A stretch of 32,000 bases of DNA from Geotalea uraniireducens Rf4 (GCF_000016745.1 NC_009483.1:4110001-4142000), one strand, 5' to 3'. Shown: positions 1 through 9,773, numbered from the stretch's first letter. Translations and numbers: made by a program. The notes: generated by a model from the letters alone, not told the origin.

Positions 1-228
1 GATGACGGCATACACCTTTCCTTCGTCGCGGGTCCCGACAAACAGGGTGCCTTTGGCGCCGAGGGCCATGGAGCGGGCACCCGACACGTTGCCGGCATAG
101 ACGGCGATGCTGAAGCCCGCCGGCAGTGTGATGTCGGTCGCCAATGGCCGGGCTGCGCTGCAGCCTGAAGCGGCTGCCAGACAGAGCGGCAGTGTCAGCA
201 GAATCCAGAGGGCCGTGTGAAGACGCAT
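1..228 (-). CDS. PQQ-dependent glucose/sorbosone dehydrogenase-like lipoprotein, N-terminal 76 aa only (continues beyond window start)
   Basis: Minus-strand ATG at 226-228 preceded by GGAGG. It translates MRLHTALWILLTLPLCLAAASGC (signal peptide plus lipobox), then LPAGFSIAVYAGNVSGARSMALGAKGTLFVGTRDEGKVYAVI, which is typical of the N-terminus of soluble PQQ sugar dehydrogenases. The frame is open to base 1. Confidence 0.55.
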   Translation of the reverse strand, partial: MRLHTALWILLTLPLCLAAASGCSAARPLATDITLPAGFSIAVYAGNVSGARSMALGAKGTLFVGTRDEGKVYAVI

Positions 229-349
229 GGGAACCTCCCGTACTTTCAACGTTCATGCTAATCATTTTATAGGTTGCCCTCGCCACGGGGAAGCCGCAAC
301 AGCCGATCCCGATATCCATATTTCCCTCCCGCGCCGCACGACGTGCGTA

Positions 350-1195
350 TTAGAGGGCCACATCACCGAACACCACCCGCTTCACCCCGGCGAGCGACCC
401 GAGGGGGGAGCGGAAGGTGATTCCTTCCCGGTCCGCCTCCATGACCAGGCCGAGCCCAAGGGTCTCATCCCCGTGGTTCAGGCCGATGACCGTGCCGGCG
501 GCCAGTTGTTCGTGCCTCAGGCTCACCCGCTCCCCCAACCGGTAGAGTTCGACCTCGTCCCCGTGGAGGAGCATCTCCGCCGGTGTGGCATTCGCGAAAT
601 AGGCGGCCAGCCGCTCCCGGCGTATCCGGCTGCGGCTTTCCTTGCTCCTGGTCCGGGCTGCCGGATGGGGGTGGATGCGGCGGATCACCAGCTCGTCGAG
701 CTGTCCGAGGATCGGCTCGCACTCATCCCGCCGCTGCAGGGCAATGATCTGGTCGGGCAAGGTCACGCGGATCTTGGCGAGCTTGAGGCCGCGCCCCAAT
801 TCGCCGCTGATCAGGCCGGTTGTGTCGATGAGCACGACCTCTGCCCGGCTGCGGGCCAGCTCCGTCAGCCGCCCGGTCGTCTCCAGCAGCCGGGGGACGA
901 GCCGGGCCGGATTGGCCGAGCCGAGGAAGGAGAACTGCTCGCAGCGGTAATCGGCCAGGTCGGCCGAAGAGCGAAAGAGCTTAACCCCCACCGTACCCGG
1001 CAGACAGAGGGCCGATTGCCCCACGTCGGTGTCGACAAGGGCAACAGTAAGCCCGGTTGCCGTCAGGCCCGCAACCAGAAAACGGGCCAGGGTCGATTTA
1101 CCGCTGTCGGTGGCGCCTAAAAGAAGGATTACCCCCCGCTCCCGGCGCAGCGTCTCCAGTAAATCCTCCCAGCCGGGGCCGGTTGTGCTCTCCAT
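350..1195 (-). CDS. Clp1/Grc3-family P-loop protein (putative polynucleotide 5'-hydroxyl kinase)
   Basis: Walker A LLGATDSGKST followed by ALVDTDVGQS, which matches the P-loop plus DxDxGQ pattern of Clp1/Nol9/Grc3 kinases. The ATG at 1195 has GGGAGA 8 nt upstream; the ORF-track start at 1237 is a TTG and is the alternative. Confidence 0.6.
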   Translation of the reverse strand: MESTTGPGWEDLLETLRRERGVILLLGATDSGKSTLARFLVAGLTATGLTVALVDTDVGQSALCLPGTVGVKLFRSSADLADYRCEQFSFLGSANPARLVPRLLETTGRLTELARSRAEVVLIDTTGLISGELGRGLKLAKIRVTLPDQIIALQRRDECEPILGQLDELVIRRIHPHPAARTRSKESRSRIRRERLAAYFANATPAEMLLHGDEVELYRLGERVSLRHEQLAAGTVIGLNHGDETLGLGLVMEADREGITFRSPLGSLAGVKRVVFGDVAL

Positions 1196-1543
1196 GCAGA
1201 TTGTCTCCCGCGTCCTGGTCACCAGTGCCTCATTCAATTGGTAGCGTCACCCTTTGACATACAGGGTAATCTGCCCATACGGCTGGCCCGGCGGGTCCAT
1301 TCACCAGGGTGTCGTATCCCCAATACGATTTTTCACGATATACATACACAGTGAACCATACATTTTAAAGGTTACAATATGCTAACGCTCGTTGATGGCT
1401 AAAATGGATGATGCGACTATAGGGGAAATAATCAGGCAGACAACGGGGGGATTGTCGGCAAACACTCGTGATGTCTCGTGTCAAGGGTTGCCATCTTTTC
1501 TTGTTGCCAGTTTCAGTTTGCGTTTCACTTGTTTCCTAAAAAA

Positions 1544-2170
1544 TCAATTTACTGACACGGACTCTATGAAGTCTTTTAGTTTTCCAACTAATGATTCTCG
1601 TTCTTTGGCAAAAAGTTCTGTCCCGTGAGCATCTCCCGGAAAAAATATTGTTTCTTTTGGCTCAATAAATATTTCATGCATTTTACGTGTATCGTCTGCC
1701 CCATCATCAGATTCAGAATTTATTAGTAATTTTGGTATTCTTATTTTGCACAATTCATCATTATTATAAAAGACGAATCCTTCATAACTGATAGGAGCAG
1801 AAAGAGCGACAACACCAACTATACAGTCGTTATCAATCGATCTTGCTGCGACTTTTATGGATGCAACACCACCTCTGCTCGCACCAATTAGGACGATTCT
1901 CTTTGCCCCTGAAGTCTTAACAAATGAAATCGCATCTTCTAGTGTTCTCGATTGATCATCCATATGCTGAAGATAATCATATGTAAGGATCATATGTTTT
2001 TCCGAAATTAGTTCATTAACTATCGGAAGCCATTCACTTTGATCATTGGTATCCATATTTGAAAATATAATTGCCGTACGGCCTGAACCATAAAGTTTGC
2101 CATTGGTATTCTTTTCTAAAGATGATTGTGAAATTGGAATGACGACTGATTTTGTGTTGATTAATTGCAT
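1544..2170 (-). CDS. alpha/beta hydrolase (small serine hydrolase, dienelactone-hydrolase-like), in an AT-rich insert
   Basis: Nucleophile elbow LIGASRGG, later acidic SESDDG and C-terminal GDAHG (Ser-Asp-His order). AAGGAT lies 9 nt upstream of the ATG. The composition is visibly AT-rich compared with the flanks. Confidence 0.65.
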   Translation of the reverse strand: MQLINTKSVVIPISQSSLEKNTNGKLYGSGRTAIIFSNMDTNDQSEWLPIVNELISEKHMILTYDYLQHMDDQSRTLEDAISFVKTSGAKRIVLIGASRGGVASIKVAARSIDNDCIVGVVALSAPISYEGFVFYNNDELCKIRIPKLLINSESDDGADDTRKMHEIFIEPKETIFFPGDAHGTELFAKERESLVGKLKDFIESVSVN

Positions 2171-2209
2171 TTTTGAAATCCTTAACTTTTCTTTGAGTTC
2201 TTTTCCTAA

Positions 2210-2304
2210 AACTCGTTATTGACCGCTTCACGTGCGCGCGTGAACTGGTGATCTACCCAAACGGAACATTTAGTCCGTGAACATGAAAAAACATAAGCAA
2301 TGCA
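2210..2304. repeat. Copy 1 (degenerate) of a ~95-nt two-hairpin repeat with a CTAC box; second copy at 23192-23289
   Basis: By eye it aligns end to end with 23192-23289, from aactcRttatt to gcaatgca. It contains ttcacg..cgtgaa inverted repeats, CTAC at 2253-2256 and a small second hairpin at 2262-2277. The 11-mer aactcgttatt occurs at both edges (2210-2220 and 2304-2314). Confidence 0.75.
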
Positions 2305-2572
2305 ACTCGTTATTAATCAGCCGCTGCCAACACCCCACCAGATTTGGATACCTCTATATGATCCTTAATATAACATTGACGTAACCTATCAAATTATAAA
2401 TAAAAGCGACATTGACCAACATGCCATTTGGGCATGTTGAAAAGTTTCTCGCCAACAACCTGGTCTGAAGTTTTTCCCGCTGAAGGGGCGCACAGGAGTG
2501 CCACCTACGCAGGTGAAAACCAATTAATGCGCAATATAAGCCGGCTTTTAATCAATGTCAAAAGGAGATTAC

Positions 2573-2674
2573 ATGCTTCTTATTCCGAACGTTGTCTTTA
2601 GCCGCTATTTTGCGCATCTCGGAAAAACTGGTAATAAGAAGCCCCGGCCGTTTCCGACCGGGGCTTCTTTATAA
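2573..2674 (+). CDS. possible 33-aa micro-ORF (MLLIPNVVFSRYFAHLGKTGNKKPRPFPTGASL)
   Basis: ATG at 2573 with a strong AAAGGAGA Shine-Dalgarno 6-7 nt upstream. It is the only SD-led ORF in a ~390-nt gene-free stretch, and its 3' end runs through the terminator hairpin. No homology is recognisable. Confidence 0.2.
   Translation: MLLIPNVVFSRYFAHLGKTGNKKPRPFPTGASL
2638..2667. terminator. bidirectional Rho-independent terminator (ends vapBC on the minus strand)
   Basis: gaagccccgg / ccggggcttc is a 10-bp GC-rich stem with a 10-nt loop. It is followed by TTTAT on the + strand and by TTATTACCAGTTTTT on the - strand, 30 nt downstream of the vapC stop. Confidence 0.7.
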
Positions 2675-2696
2675 CTTCCCTTTCCCAAACCTTTAT

Positions 2697-3107
2697 TTAC
2701 GGCTCTTTCCGGGAAATCGCCTGAATGCGGGATATATGCTTCCGATCAAATGAATAAAGCTCCGTTATCCCCTGCTTTTCCATCACCGCAGCGATGTAGC
2801 CATCGATAAAATCTATGTTTTTCGACTCGTAATGCTCCAGCGCCCGCGCTACCAGCGGAGCATTGAGCACGTCAAGCCCGGACGTGGCAAGGATGGCCCT
2901 TATCAGCGGGGCAATCTCGGCGCTTTTCAGATCATAGGACGATTCAAGCACCCAGACAACCTCCGCAATCACCATTTCCGCAGTCACCAGCCGCACCTTC
3001 CCCGCGGCAGCCTCCTTGAGAAGACGCTCTACCCGTTCGGCCTTTGCCGGATCGTCGTTGGTCAGATAACGGATAAAGAGGTTGGTATCGACAAAACACG
3101 TCGTCAT
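2697..3107 (-). CDS. vapC: PIN-domain ribonuclease toxin VapC
   Basis: N-terminus MTTCFVDTNLFIRYL (PIN acidic residue D7), later acidic residues (FDRK near the C-terminus), 136 aa. Its start overlaps the upstream antitoxin stop by 4 nt (ATGA). Confidence 0.85.
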   Translation of the reverse strand: MTTCFVDTNLFIRYLTNDDPAKAERVERLLKEAAAGKVRLVTAEMVIAEVVWVLESSYDLKSAEIAPLIRAILATSGLDVLNAPLVARALEHYESKNIDFIDGYIAAVMEKQGITELYSFDRKHISRIQAISRKEP

Positions 3108-3349
3108 TTCATCTCCTCACGTACCCGCTTCGCTACGGCAGTCTTGGCCCGCGCCCGTTCCTCGGAAAAATCGCCTTTCCCTCTGGCCCGAACGGCGCCG
3201 CGCAGATCCAGAAGTGTCTTGACCGGCACCAGCAGCACCCTGTCCCCATCCAGAACAAAATCTACCTTGTCGTTCGAGCGGATGTGGAGGAGGTCGCGAA
3301 TTTCTTTCGGAATGGTGACCTGTCCTTTGGATGTAACCGTTGACAGCAT
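3104..3349 (-). CDS. vapB: AbrB/SpoVT-family antitoxin VapB
   Basis: MLSTVTSKGQVTIPKEIRDLL is the canonical SpoVT/AbrB swapped-hairpin motif. The ATG at 3349 has GGAGGT 7 nt upstream (the ORF-track start 3364 is less likely). Translationally coupled to vapC. Confidence 0.85.
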   Translation of the reverse strand: MLSTVTSKGQVTIPKEIRDLLHIRSNDKVDFVLDGDRVLLVPVKTLLDLRGAVRARGKGDFSEERARAKTAVAKRVREEMK

Positions 3350-3381
3350 GATTCTTACCTCCATACTAATTCTTACTTATG

Positions 3382-3410
3382 AGTATAGGTAAGGATTAGC
3401 AGACTGTCAA
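3382..3410 (-). promoter_or_regulatory. sigma70-type promoter of vapBC with an overlapping inverted repeat (likely VapB operator)
   Basis: Minus strand reads TTGACA (3410-3405), a 17-nt spacer, then TATACT (3387-3382). The inverted repeat cttacct..atact / agtat.aggtaag spans the -10 region and the RBS. Confidence 0.65.
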
Positions 3411-3468
3411 GAAATGAGCAGGGTCACATTGTTGCAAACCTGGCGATATTACGCCTCATATTATCCTT

Positions 3469-4431
3469 TTAAGCAGGCTGCCTCTCGTTGATTATCGCCA
3501 CAAAATGTTCGAACAAATCCGGGTTGAAGGCCCCGTTTTTGGAATCCTCGCGCATGACCTTGATTGCATCGGCATGCGAACGCGCCTTGCGGTGCGCCCG
3601 GTCCATGATCAAGGCGCTGTAAACGTCGCAAATCGCCGTCACTTGTCCGCTTCGCGGGATATCACCACCCTTCAGCCCGGTTGGATAGCCGTTTCCGTCG
3701 TATCTTTCATGATGGTAACGGACAATATTGAGCACAACCCCGCTATAATTTCCGCAGCGCTTCAAATACTCATAGCCTTTCTGGGTGTGTTGCTTGACGA
3801 TGTAATATTCGATACCGGAGAGGGCGTCGTTCTTTTCGAGAACGTCGCTGGAGATGAAGGTCATGCCGTAATCGTGAATAAGAGAACCGATTCCCACATC
3901 GACCATCTCGTCAGGGGCCAGTTCAAACAGCTTTTCATGAACCAGCAGGGAAAGGGCAGCTACCTGGACTGCATGGGCAAAGATATAGAAGTTGTGGCTT
4001 ATTACCGTTTTGAGTGATTCCAGGGCATGAGAATCCGTAGCTACATGTTGCATGATATGCTGAACCATGTTGCGGCATCGCAGCAGATTGGCGGCTGTTT
4101 CCGGTGATTCGAACATGTCGATCACGCAGTTCACCGATGTCTGATAAAGTATCCGGCCCTTGGCGGTGCTGCTGAGATCGTTTCTGGCGAGCATTTCCGT
4201 CAAGTTGTTCTCCATGAATTCGTTAAGAATATCCATGTCGCCGCTCCGGACATAGAGAAACTCCGTACGACTTCTCTCCAGACGGAGATGGTCCTCTATC
4301 GTGAACATCCTGTCAGGATCTTTGTAGAGCACGTAATTGCCGCCGCTCCTGAGATAGAGGGCCACGTTGGGGAAACATTCAGGGGAGATACTGTCGATGC
4401 TTATCGCCCGCCAGTAACGGTCTTTGCTCAT
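3469..4431 (-). CDS. HD-GYP domain cyclic-di-GMP phosphodiesterase
   Basis: Contains the HD motif (LIHDYGM) and HHERYDGNGYPTGL (GYP motif), with an uncharacterised N-terminal domain of about 150 aa. Confidence 0.85.
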   Translation of the reverse strand: MSKDRYWRAISIDSISPECFPNVALYLRSGGNYVLYKDPDRMFTIEDHLRLERSRTEFLYVRSGDMDILNEFMENNLTEMLARNDLSSTAKGRILYQTSVNCVIDMFESPETAANLLRCRNMVQHIMQHVATDSHALESLKTVISHNFYIFAHAVQVAALSLLVHEKLFELAPDEMVDVGIGSLIHDYGMTFISSDVLEKNDALSGIEYYIVKQHTQKGYEYLKRCGNYSGVVLNIVRYHHERYDGNGYPTGLKGGDIPRSGQVTAICDVYSALIMDRAHRKARSHADAIKVMREDSKNGAFNPDLFEHFVAIINERQPA

Positions 4432-4470
4432 AGATTATCCTCATTCCATTCGGTGGGGACGTTCATCGGT

Positions 4471-4671
4471 TCACCAATTGTCAAGCAGCCGGCAGTTGAT
4501 GGCATTCTTTACTTCCTGTCTGAATTTGAGAAGCATCTCTTGCTCTTCGCCGTACGTGCGGTTTATGTATTCGGTAAGAACGGAGTGCAATTTGATCAGT
4601 TTGTTGCGATCCCCCATGGAAGCCCTCAGTTCCCTACGAAGATCTTTAATCGGTATAGTCGGAATCGCCAT
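4471..4671 (-). CDS. hypothetical small protein (66 aa from ATG 4671; 80 aa if 4713)
   Basis: ORF 40 nt upstream of the HD-GYP gene on the same strand. AGAGGTG lies upstream of the ATG at 4671. No recognisable motif. Confidence 0.4.
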   Translation of the reverse strand: MAIPTIPIKDLRRELRASMGDRNKLIKLHSVLTEYINRTYGEEQEMLLKFRQEVKNAINCRLLDNW

Positions 4672-4873
4672 GTCGCACCTCTTGGGTCTGCTTGATAGAA
4701 TATATCCGACCATGTATTGTGAGGCCGCCTGAAAACCTTGATCCCCTCGCGTTCATTGATGCGTCCACGACTGAAATATCCGGACACTGTCATCTCATCT
4801 TTATCGGCGCCAAAGATTGTTACTTGAGTGAAATTACAAGAATTGGGAAGAATTCGGGGACGGACTGGTTTTT

Positions 4874-4990
4874 CAGGAGCGTGGGCATCCTGCCCGTGTT
4901 TCGGGCGGGTTTATGCCCGAATACGGTTTGCTTGTAACCAATTCAAGCGATACATCCGCTTGAAACGCAGGCAGGATGCCTACACTCCTG
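4874..4990. other. 117-nt three-way-junction secondary-structure element (ncRNA or ssDNA-structured repeat; strand unknown)
   Basis: P1 pairs 4874-4894 with 4970-4990 (19 Watson-Crick pairs, 1 G:T, 1 mismatch over 21 positions). P2 is 4900-4906/4915-4921 (7 bp) and P3 is 4942-4949/4957-4964 (8 bp). There is no flanking T-tract on either strand. Confidence 0.5.
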
Positions 4991-5039
4991 GATATGCTGA
5001 AGTGACGATCTGAGTCTTTACTTTCCGATGGCAAACTTA

Positions 5040-6452
5040 TCAGCTTCCTCCGCCCAGCACCTTGTAGAGGGTCGCCAGATTGTTGAGGCGGGCAAGACGG
5101 ACGCTGATCATGTTCTGCTGGGCACCGTAGAGGGAACGCTGGGAGTCGAGGACGTTCAGGTAGCTGTCCACCCCTTTTTCGTAGCGCGCCTGGGAGAGGT
5201 TGTAGCTCTCGCCCGTGGCGTCGGTAAGGGACTGCTGCGCCGCAAGCTGGTCGTCGATGGTCCCCCGCTGGGCGAGGGCGTCAGCCACTTCCCGGAAAGC
5301 GGTCTGGATGGACTTCTCGTATTGGGCCACGGCGATATCACGATCCACTTCCGCCACCTTCAGGTTGGCCTGTCTGCTGCCGGCGTCGAAGATGGGAAGT
5401 GTTATCTGCGGCGCGAAGCTCCAGGCAAAGGCCCCCCCCTTGAATAGCCCGGATAGGCCGTCGCTCCCGACGCCCACTGAGGAGGTCAGGGTGATGCGCG
5501 GGAAGAACGCCGCCCGTGCCGCGCCGATGTTGGCGTTTGCACCTTTGAGGAAGCCTTCGGCCTGGAGAATGTCGGGGCGGCGGAGCAATACGTCCGACGG
5601 AAGGCCGGGCGCGACATCCTTTAGTGCGGTGAGCGTTTCGGAGAGGGCTGCGGGAAGTAGCTCGGCCGGAACTGGGGAGCCGACCACCAGGTTCAGGGCG
5701 TTCTCGTCCTGGGCCACGAAGGTGGTGTAGCGGGCAATGTCGACCCGCGCCGTATCTACGCTGGTCTGGGCCTGATGGAGGTCGAGGGCGGAGGAGACAC
5801 CCGCCTCGACGCGGCTCTTGACAAGCTGGTAGGATGCCTGTTGACTCACCAGGGTCTCTTTGGCGAGCTGTAACCGCTCCCGGTCGGCGGCCAGGGCGAG
5901 CCAATTACCGGCCACCTCGGCCACCAGGCTGATCTGGACGCTGCGCCGGGCCTGCTCGGTGGCGAGGTACTGCTCCAGGGCCTGGTCCTTGAGGCTCCGC
6001 ACCCGGCCGAAGAGATCCAGCTCGTAAGAACTGACGCCGAGGCCGACGTTGTACTGGTGGCGGATCATTGCCTGGCCGCTACCTGAGAGGTCCGCCGGCA
6101 CCCTCTGGACGCTGCCGGCGGCGGAGGCATCGACCTTCGGGAAGAGGTCGGAACGCTGGATCTGGTACTGTGCCCGGGATCTCTCGATATTCAGGGCGGC
6201 AACGCGCAGATCGCGGTTGTTGTCCAGTGACAGGGCGACCACCTTGCGCAGCTGCGGGTCGAGGAAAAACTCAGCCCAGGGAATGTCGGCCACTGCCATG
6301 TCAGCCGGTTTCCCCGCAACGTCCTTGTATGCGGGGCCGCTCGGCCAGGCAGCGGGGACGGGCGGCTCGGGGCGGGTGTATTTCGGGGCCATGGTCGCAC
6401 AGCCGGCGAGGGCGCCGGCCAGAACGGCAACGATAACTGTAGTACGGATCAT
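5040..6452 (-). CDS. RND efflux outer membrane factor lipoprotein (NodT/OprM family)
   Basis: Start [18 protein letters not shown] (lipobox) with AGGAGA upstream. The two-repeat OMF architecture is present, including the typical C-terminal [17 protein letters not shown]. Confidence 0.9.
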   Translation of the reverse strand: MIRTTVIVAVLAGALAGCATMAPKYTRPEPPVPAAWPSGPAYKDVAGKPADMAVADIPWAEFFLDPQLRKVVALSLDNNRDLRVAALNIERSRAQYQIQRSDLFPKVDASAAGSVQRVPADLSGSGQAMIRHQYNVGLGVSSYELDLFGRVRSLKDQALEQYLATEQARRSVQISLVAEVAGNWLALAADRERLQLAKETLVSQQASYQLVKSRVEAGVSSALDLHQAQTSVDTARVDIARYTTFVAQDENALNLVVGSPVPAELLPAALSETLTALKDVAPGLPSDVLLRRPDILQAEGFLKGANANIGAARAAFFPRITLTSSVGVGSDGLSGLFKGGAFAWSFAPQITLPIFDAGSRQANLKVAEVDRDIAVAQYEKSIQTAFREVADALAQRGTIDDQLAAQQSLTDATGESYNLSQARYEKGVDSYLNVLDSQRSLYGAQQNMISVRLARLNNLATLYKVLGGGS

Positions 6453-6602
6453 ATTGTCATCTCCTGGAAAACTTAAAACCTTAACGGGCACGGAAAAGGC
6501 GGAAAAATCTGATAACGGCGGATTAATCAAAACCCCAAATACGGTTTATAAATCCGCTTTGATCCGTTTTTTCCGAGTTCAATTGGCCTTTTCGGGTTCA
6601 TC

Positions 6603-9600
6603 TCAAGATCCCTCCGGGGCGGGGGTAGCGGTTGCCGGTTCTACGGAAGGTTGCTCCGCCCGTTTCCTGGCAAAGAGTCTTGAGACCAGGACAAAGAAAA
6701 ACGGGATGAAGATCAGGTCGATGAAGGTGGCCGAGAGCAGTCCGCCGGTTACGGCGGTGCCGATGGCGTTCTGGGCTCCGGCCCCGGCCCCCTTGGTCAG
6801 GGCCAGGGGGAGTGTGCCGAAAAAGAACGCCAGTGACGTCATAATGACCGGCCGCAGCCTGATCTTCACCGCCGCCAGGGTGGCCTCCATCAATCCAAGC
6901 CCCTGCTGCATCTGGTCCTTGATGAACTGGATGATCAGGATGGCGTTCTTCGTGGAAAGCCCAATGGTGGTGAGGAGCCCGATCTGGAGATAGATGTCGT
7001 TGGGGAGCATCCGCAAGGAAACCGCGGTGACCGCTCCCACGAGCCCCAGCGGCAGCATCAGCAGGTTGACGAAGGGGATGGTCCAGCTTTCGTACAGGGC
7101 CGCTACGGCAAGAAACACCACCAGGAGTGAGATGGCATAGAGCGCCGGCGCCTGGGCTCCCGCCTTCTTCTCCTCGTAGGAGAGGCCGGTCCACTCGTAG
7201 CCGATCCCCTCGGGGAGCTTTGATGCCATCCGCTCCATCTCGGCCATCGCCTCGCCGGTGCTGACGCCCGGCGCCGCCTGCCCCTGGATCTCCATGGAGG
7301 GGATCCCGTTGTAGCGCTCCAGGCGCGGCGAGCCATACTGCCAGCGGGGTGTGGCGAAGGCGGAGAAGGGGACCATCTCCCCCCGGTTGTTGCGGACATA
7401 CCATTTGCCGATATCCTCCGGCACCATCCGGTATTTCGCCTCTGACTGGAGATAGACCTTCTTCACCCGGCCGTTCTGGATGAAGTCGTTGACATAGGCG
7501 CTTCCCCAGGCGGTGGAAAGCACGTTGTTGATGTCGGTGACCGACACACCCAGGCTGCCGGCGCGCACGTCGTCGATGTCGAGCTTGAATTGCGGGGTGT
7601 CGTCCTGGCCGTTGGGGCGGACCGCCATCAGCTTAGGGTTTTTCATTGCCATGCCGAGGAGCTGGTTTCGAGCCTCCATCAGCTTGTCGTGCCCCATCCC
7701 GCCGCGGTCCTGCAGCTGGAAGTCGAAGCCGTTGGCCATCCCCAGTTCGATCACCGCCGGCGGCGCAAAGGCGAAGGCCATCCCGTCCTTGATCCTGGAG
7801 AAGGCCCCCATTGCCCGGCCGGCGACGGCCTGCGCCTTGAGATCGGGGGTTTGCCGGAGTTTCCAGTCCTTGAGCTTGACGAAGGCAAGCCCCATGTTCT
7901 GGCCGCGGCCGGCAAAGCTGAAGCCGGCAACGGTGATCAGCGAATCGACCGCCTTTGTCTCCTTCTCCAGGAAGTGCTGCTCCAGCTGCTCGATCACCTT
8001 CAGGGTCCGTTCCTGGGTCGCCCCGGCCGGGAGCTGCACCTGGCAGATGATGAACCCCTGGTCCTCGTCCGGAAGGAAGGCGGTGGGACGCCGTACGAAG
8101 AGTACCACCATCACGACGACGATGGTTCCGTAAATGACCAGGTAGCGCACCGGCTTCCCGAACGAGCGGCGGACGAGCCCCTCGTACCGTCCCCTGCTGC
8201 GGTCGAACAGTCTGTTGAACCGGCGGAAGAACCCCCTGAACCAGCCGGACTCTCCCGGCGAATGCCCCGTCGGCACCGGCTTGAGCAGGGTCGCGCAGAG
8301 GGCCGGGGTGAGGATCAGTGCCACAAGAACGGACAGGATCATGGCGGAGACGATGGTGATGGAGAACTGGCGGTAGATGACGCCGGTAGATCCGGGGAAA
8401 AACGCCATCGGCACGAAGACCGCCGTCAGCACGGTGGCGATTCCGATAAGGGCGCTGGTGATCTGTCCCATGGACTTGATGGTCGCCTCACGGGGGGGGA
8501 GCCCCTCCTCGGACATGATCCGTTCCACGTTCTCCACCACCACGATGGCGTCGTCCACCAGGAGGCCGATGACGATCACCAGGGCGAACATGGTCAGGGT
8601 ATTGATGGAGAAACCGCTGGCGAACAGCACCCCCATGGTGCCCAAGAGGACCACCGGCACGGCGATGGTGGGGATCAGGGTGGCCCGGATGTTCTGCAGG
8701 AAGAGGAACATCACGATGAAGACCAGGAAGACCGCCTCGATCAGGGTATGGAGCACCTCCTCGATGGAGATCTTCACGAACGGGGTGGTGTCGTAGGGGT
8801 AGACGACCTTCACGCCGGGGGGACAGAACTTTTCCAGCTCCGCCATCTTCGCCTTCACCCGCTCGGCGGTGTCCAGCGCATTGGCGCCGGCCGCGAGCCT
8901 GAGCGCCATGGCGGCGACCGGTTTCCCCTTGTAGCGGGCCAGCATCTCGTAGTTTTCGGTGCCGACCTTGCTCTCGGCCACGTCCTTGAGCTTGACCGTG
9001 GAGCCGTCGGGGTTGGTGCGGAGCACGATGGCGTCGAACTGCTCCGGGGTCTGCAGGAGCGACCGGGCGGTAATGGTGGCATTCAGCTGCTGTCCCTGGC
9101 TGGCCGGCATGCCGCCCAGCTGGCCGGCGGAAACCTGGGCATTCTGCGCTTGGAGCGCGGTGATCACGTCGTTGGGGGTGAGCCTGTAGTTATTCAGCTT
9201 GTCGGGGTTCAGCCAGATCCGCATGGCGTTCTGGGAGCCGAAGACCGTCACCTCTCCGACCCCCTGCACCCGACTGATGATGTCCTGGATGTTGGAGACC
9301 ATGTAGTCGGTGAGATCGTTCCGGCTGAGCGTTCCGTCCTCGGAGACGAGGCCGGCGATCAACAGGAAGTTCCGGGTCGATTTGACCACCTGTATCCCCT
9401 GGCGCTGCACCACCTGGGGGAGGAGCGGCACGGCGAGCTGGAGCTTGTTCTGCACCTGCACCTGGGCCACGTTCGGGTCGGTACCCGCCTTGAAGGTGAG
9501 GTTGATCGCGACCGCCCCGGCCGAGTCGCTGGTGGACGACATGTAGAGGAGGTTGTCGATCCCGTTCATCTTCTGCTCGATGACCTGGGTGACCGTGTCC

Positions 9601-9773
9601 TGCACGGTCTGGGCCGACGCCCCCGGATACATGGCGTTTATGGAGATCTGCGGTGGCGCGATGGGAGGGTACTGAGAGACCGGCAGCGCCTTGATCGCCA
9701 GCAGGCCTGTCAGCATGATGACGATGGCGATGACCCAGGCGAAGATGGGTCTGTTTATGAAGAACCTGGACAT
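6603..9773 (-). CDS. RND multidrug efflux permease (HAE1, AcrB/MexB family)
   Basis: 1056 aa with the canonical N-terminus [21 protein letters not shown] and the 12-TM/large-loop organisation. It sits between the MFP and OMF genes. Confidence 0.95.
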   Translation of the reverse strand: MSRFFINRPIFAWVIAIVIMLTGLLAIKALPVSQYPPIAPPQISINAMYPGASAQTVQDTVTQVIEQKMNGIDNLLYMSSTSDSAGAVAINLTFKAGTDPNVAQVQVQNKLQLAVPLLPQVVQRQGIQVVKSTRNFLLIAGLVSEDGTLSRNDLTDYMVSNIQDIISRVQGVGEVTVFGSQNAMRIWLNPDKLNNYRLTPNDVITALQAQNAQVSAGQLGGMPASQGQQLNATITARSLLQTPEQFDAIVLRTNPDGSTVKLKDVAESKVGTENYEMLARYKGKPVAAMALRLAAGANALDTAERVKAKMAELEKFCPPGVKVVYPYDTTPFVKISIEEVLHTLIEAVFLVFIVMFLFLQNIRATLIPTIAVPVVLLGTMGVLFASGFSINTLTMFALVIVIGLLVDDAIVVVENVERIMSEEGLPPREATIKSMGQITSALIGIATVLTAVFVPMAFFPGSTGVIYRQFSITIVSAMILSVLVALILTPALCATLLKPVPTGHSPGESGWFRGFFRRFNRLFDRSRGRYEGLVRRSFGKPVRYLVIYGTIVVVMVVLFVRRPTAFLPDEDQGFIICQVQLPAGATQERTLKVIEQLEQHFLEKETKAVDSLITVAGFSFAGRGQNMGLAFVKLKDWKLRQTPDLKAQAVAGRAMGAFSRIKDGMAFAFAPPAVIELGMANGFDFQLQDRGGMGHDKLMEARNQLLGMAMKNPKLMAVRPNGQDDTPQFKLDIDDVRAGSLGVSVTDINNVLSTAWGSAYVNDFIQNGRVKKVYLQSEAKYRMVPEDIGKWYVRNNRGEMVPFSAFATPRWQYGSPRLERYNGIPSMEIQGQAAPGVSTGEAMAEMERMASKLPEGIGYEWTGLSYEEKKAGAQAPALYAISLLVVFLAVAALYESWTIPFVNLLMLPLGLVGAVTAVSLRMLPNDIYLQIGLLTTIGLSTKNAILIIQFIKDQMQQGLGLMEATLAAVKIRLRPVIMTSLAFFFGTLPLALTKGAGAGAQNAIGTAVTGGLLSATFIDLIFIPFFFVLVSRLFARKRAEQPSVEPATATPAPEGS

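Noticed and set aside
227-1120. 297-aa + strand ORF, and similar long antisense ORFs at 12866-13726, 13821-14834, 25829-26791, 27299-27994 and 30508-31464.
   Set aside because: Each overlaps a minus-strand gene with clear family motifs and a good RBS. The antisense products are compositionally biased and motif-free.
1261-1270. acagggtaat, a 10-nt match to part of the I-SceI homing endonuclease site.
   Set aside because: Only 10 of 18 nt match, there is no intron or homing-endonuclease context, and this is compatible with chance.
2417-2439. The short hairpin caacatgcc-atttg-ggcatgttg, with AAC/GTT in its stem, as a mini attC.
   Set aside because: At 23 nt it is far below attC size, has a perfect stem with no bulges, and has no ORF association.
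4874-4990. A c-di-GMP (GEMM-I) or cGAMP riboswitch controlling the downstream HD-GYP gene.
   Set aside because: I could not find the conserved GEMM features as I remember them (tetraloop/receptor hairpin pair, GCAAA-type junction). It is kept as an unclassified structure instead; an Rfam scan is still needed.
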